Assembly: GCA_963839705.1 (NCBI GenBank)
Contig: CAWIWL010000013.1
Coordinates: forward strand, 453,950-517,949
Direction of reading: 5' to 3'
DNA length: 64,000 bases
Source of the DNA: an uncultured Acidobacteriota bacterium
GTDB lineage: Bacteria; Acidobacteriota; Vicinamibacteria; Vicinamibacterales; 2-12-FULL-66-21
Shown here piece after piece: positions 63,398 to 64,000 of the stretch. A program made the translations under genes and the position numbers. Each line of letters begins with the position of its first letter. Within the stretch, counting starts at the first letter, position 1. The notes under the pieces are model-generated. The model searched no databases. It was not told the DNA's origin and was given only the letters and a program-made list of their open reading frames with translations.

Positions 63398-64000
63398 TGG
63401 AATCAAGATTTGCCCGCTTACGGCGCCACGTGTCGGAGATGATGCTCGAGCAGGTGGAGTACCGCGAGCTGCTGTGGCAGATGACTGTTCGGGATCTCCT
63501 TCTTCGTTACAAGCAAACAGTCATGGGATACGGCTGGGCGATCTTCACGCCAGTGGTCAATACCGTGATTTTCACGGTCATCTTCACGCGAGTGGCGCCA
63601 ATCGCGACGGAAGGACCGTACCCACTTTACGCCTACTGCGGCTTGCTGCCGTGGAGCTTTTTTGCCTCCTCACTGAAGTTTGCCGCGAGCTCGCTGACCG
63701 CGAACACCAATCTCGTGACGAAAGTGTACTTCCCGCGGGAGAGCCTCGCGTTCTCCGCGGTGCTGGTGTCGTTTGTCGACTTCCTCGTCGCCTCGACCGT
63801 GCTCGTCGGCATGATGATCTACTTTCAGGTTGACGTTTCTGCCTCCGTTCTGTTCCTGCCGATTCTGCTCCTGATCCAGATTGCGTTCACGGCCGGGCTC
63901 GCGCTCATCTTGGCGATGGCCAATCTGTACTACAGAGATGTGAAGTATATTTTTGAAATCGTGGTGACGTTCTGGATGTTCGCAACTCCGGTCCTCTATC
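63397..64000 (+). CDS. wzm: Polysaccharide ABC exporter permease (Wzm-like), runs off the window
   Basis: ATG overlaps the wzt stop (TGATG); reads 'MESRFARLRRHVSEMMLEQVEYRELLWQMTVRDLLLRYKQTVMGYGWAIFTPVVNTVIFTVIFTRV...GLLPWSFFASSLKFAASSLTANTNLVTKVYFPRE'. Confidence 0.92.
   Translation, partial: MESRFARLRRHVSEMMLEQVEYRELLWQMTVRDLLLRYKQTVMGYGWAIFTPVVNTVIFTVIFTRVAPIATEGPYPLYAYCGLLPWSFFASSLKFAASSLTANTNLVTKVYFPRESLAFSAVLVSFVDFLVASTVLVGMMIYFQVDVSASVLFLPILLLIQIAFTAGLALILAMANLYYRDVKYIFEIVVTFWMFATPVLY

Overview
64 kb of GC-rich bacterial chromosome. The content (MacB/ADOP-type permeases, an Oar-like TonB receptor, a VWA protein, dispersed palindromic repeats) suggests an Acidobacteriota-like genome; this is inference only. 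Most of the window is ordinary metabolic and secreted-protein coding sequence. More distinctive parts are: (1) a same-strand block at ~47.1-53.9 kb with two tandem NHL-repeat proteins, a tyrosinase with an extra N-terminal domain, a HEAT-repeat protein fused to a Sco-like thiol/copper domain, and a zinc-type oxidoreductase, which is the best candidate for an under-described system; (2) an IS91-like HUH transposase plus tyrosine recombinase element at ~54.1-56.6 kb, beside a truncated aspartyl-protease-like gene relic and a GAAC tetranucleotide; (3) a surface-polysaccharide locus at ~56.7-64 kb with Wzm/Wzt-type exporter, glucose-1-phosphate cytidylyltransferase, epimerase, membrane SGNH protein and UGM-like flavoprotein; (4) a tandemly duplicated M42-like peptidase whose first half seems to have lost catalytic residues; (5) a 650-nt ORF flanked by 23-bp near-identical palindromic direct repeats; (6) several families of dispersed palindromic and heptad repeats. 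At least eight apparent single-base frameshifts interrupt otherwise intact genes, so assembly or sequencing error should be considered before any pseudogene claim. No CRISPR array, rRNA or tRNA was recognised.
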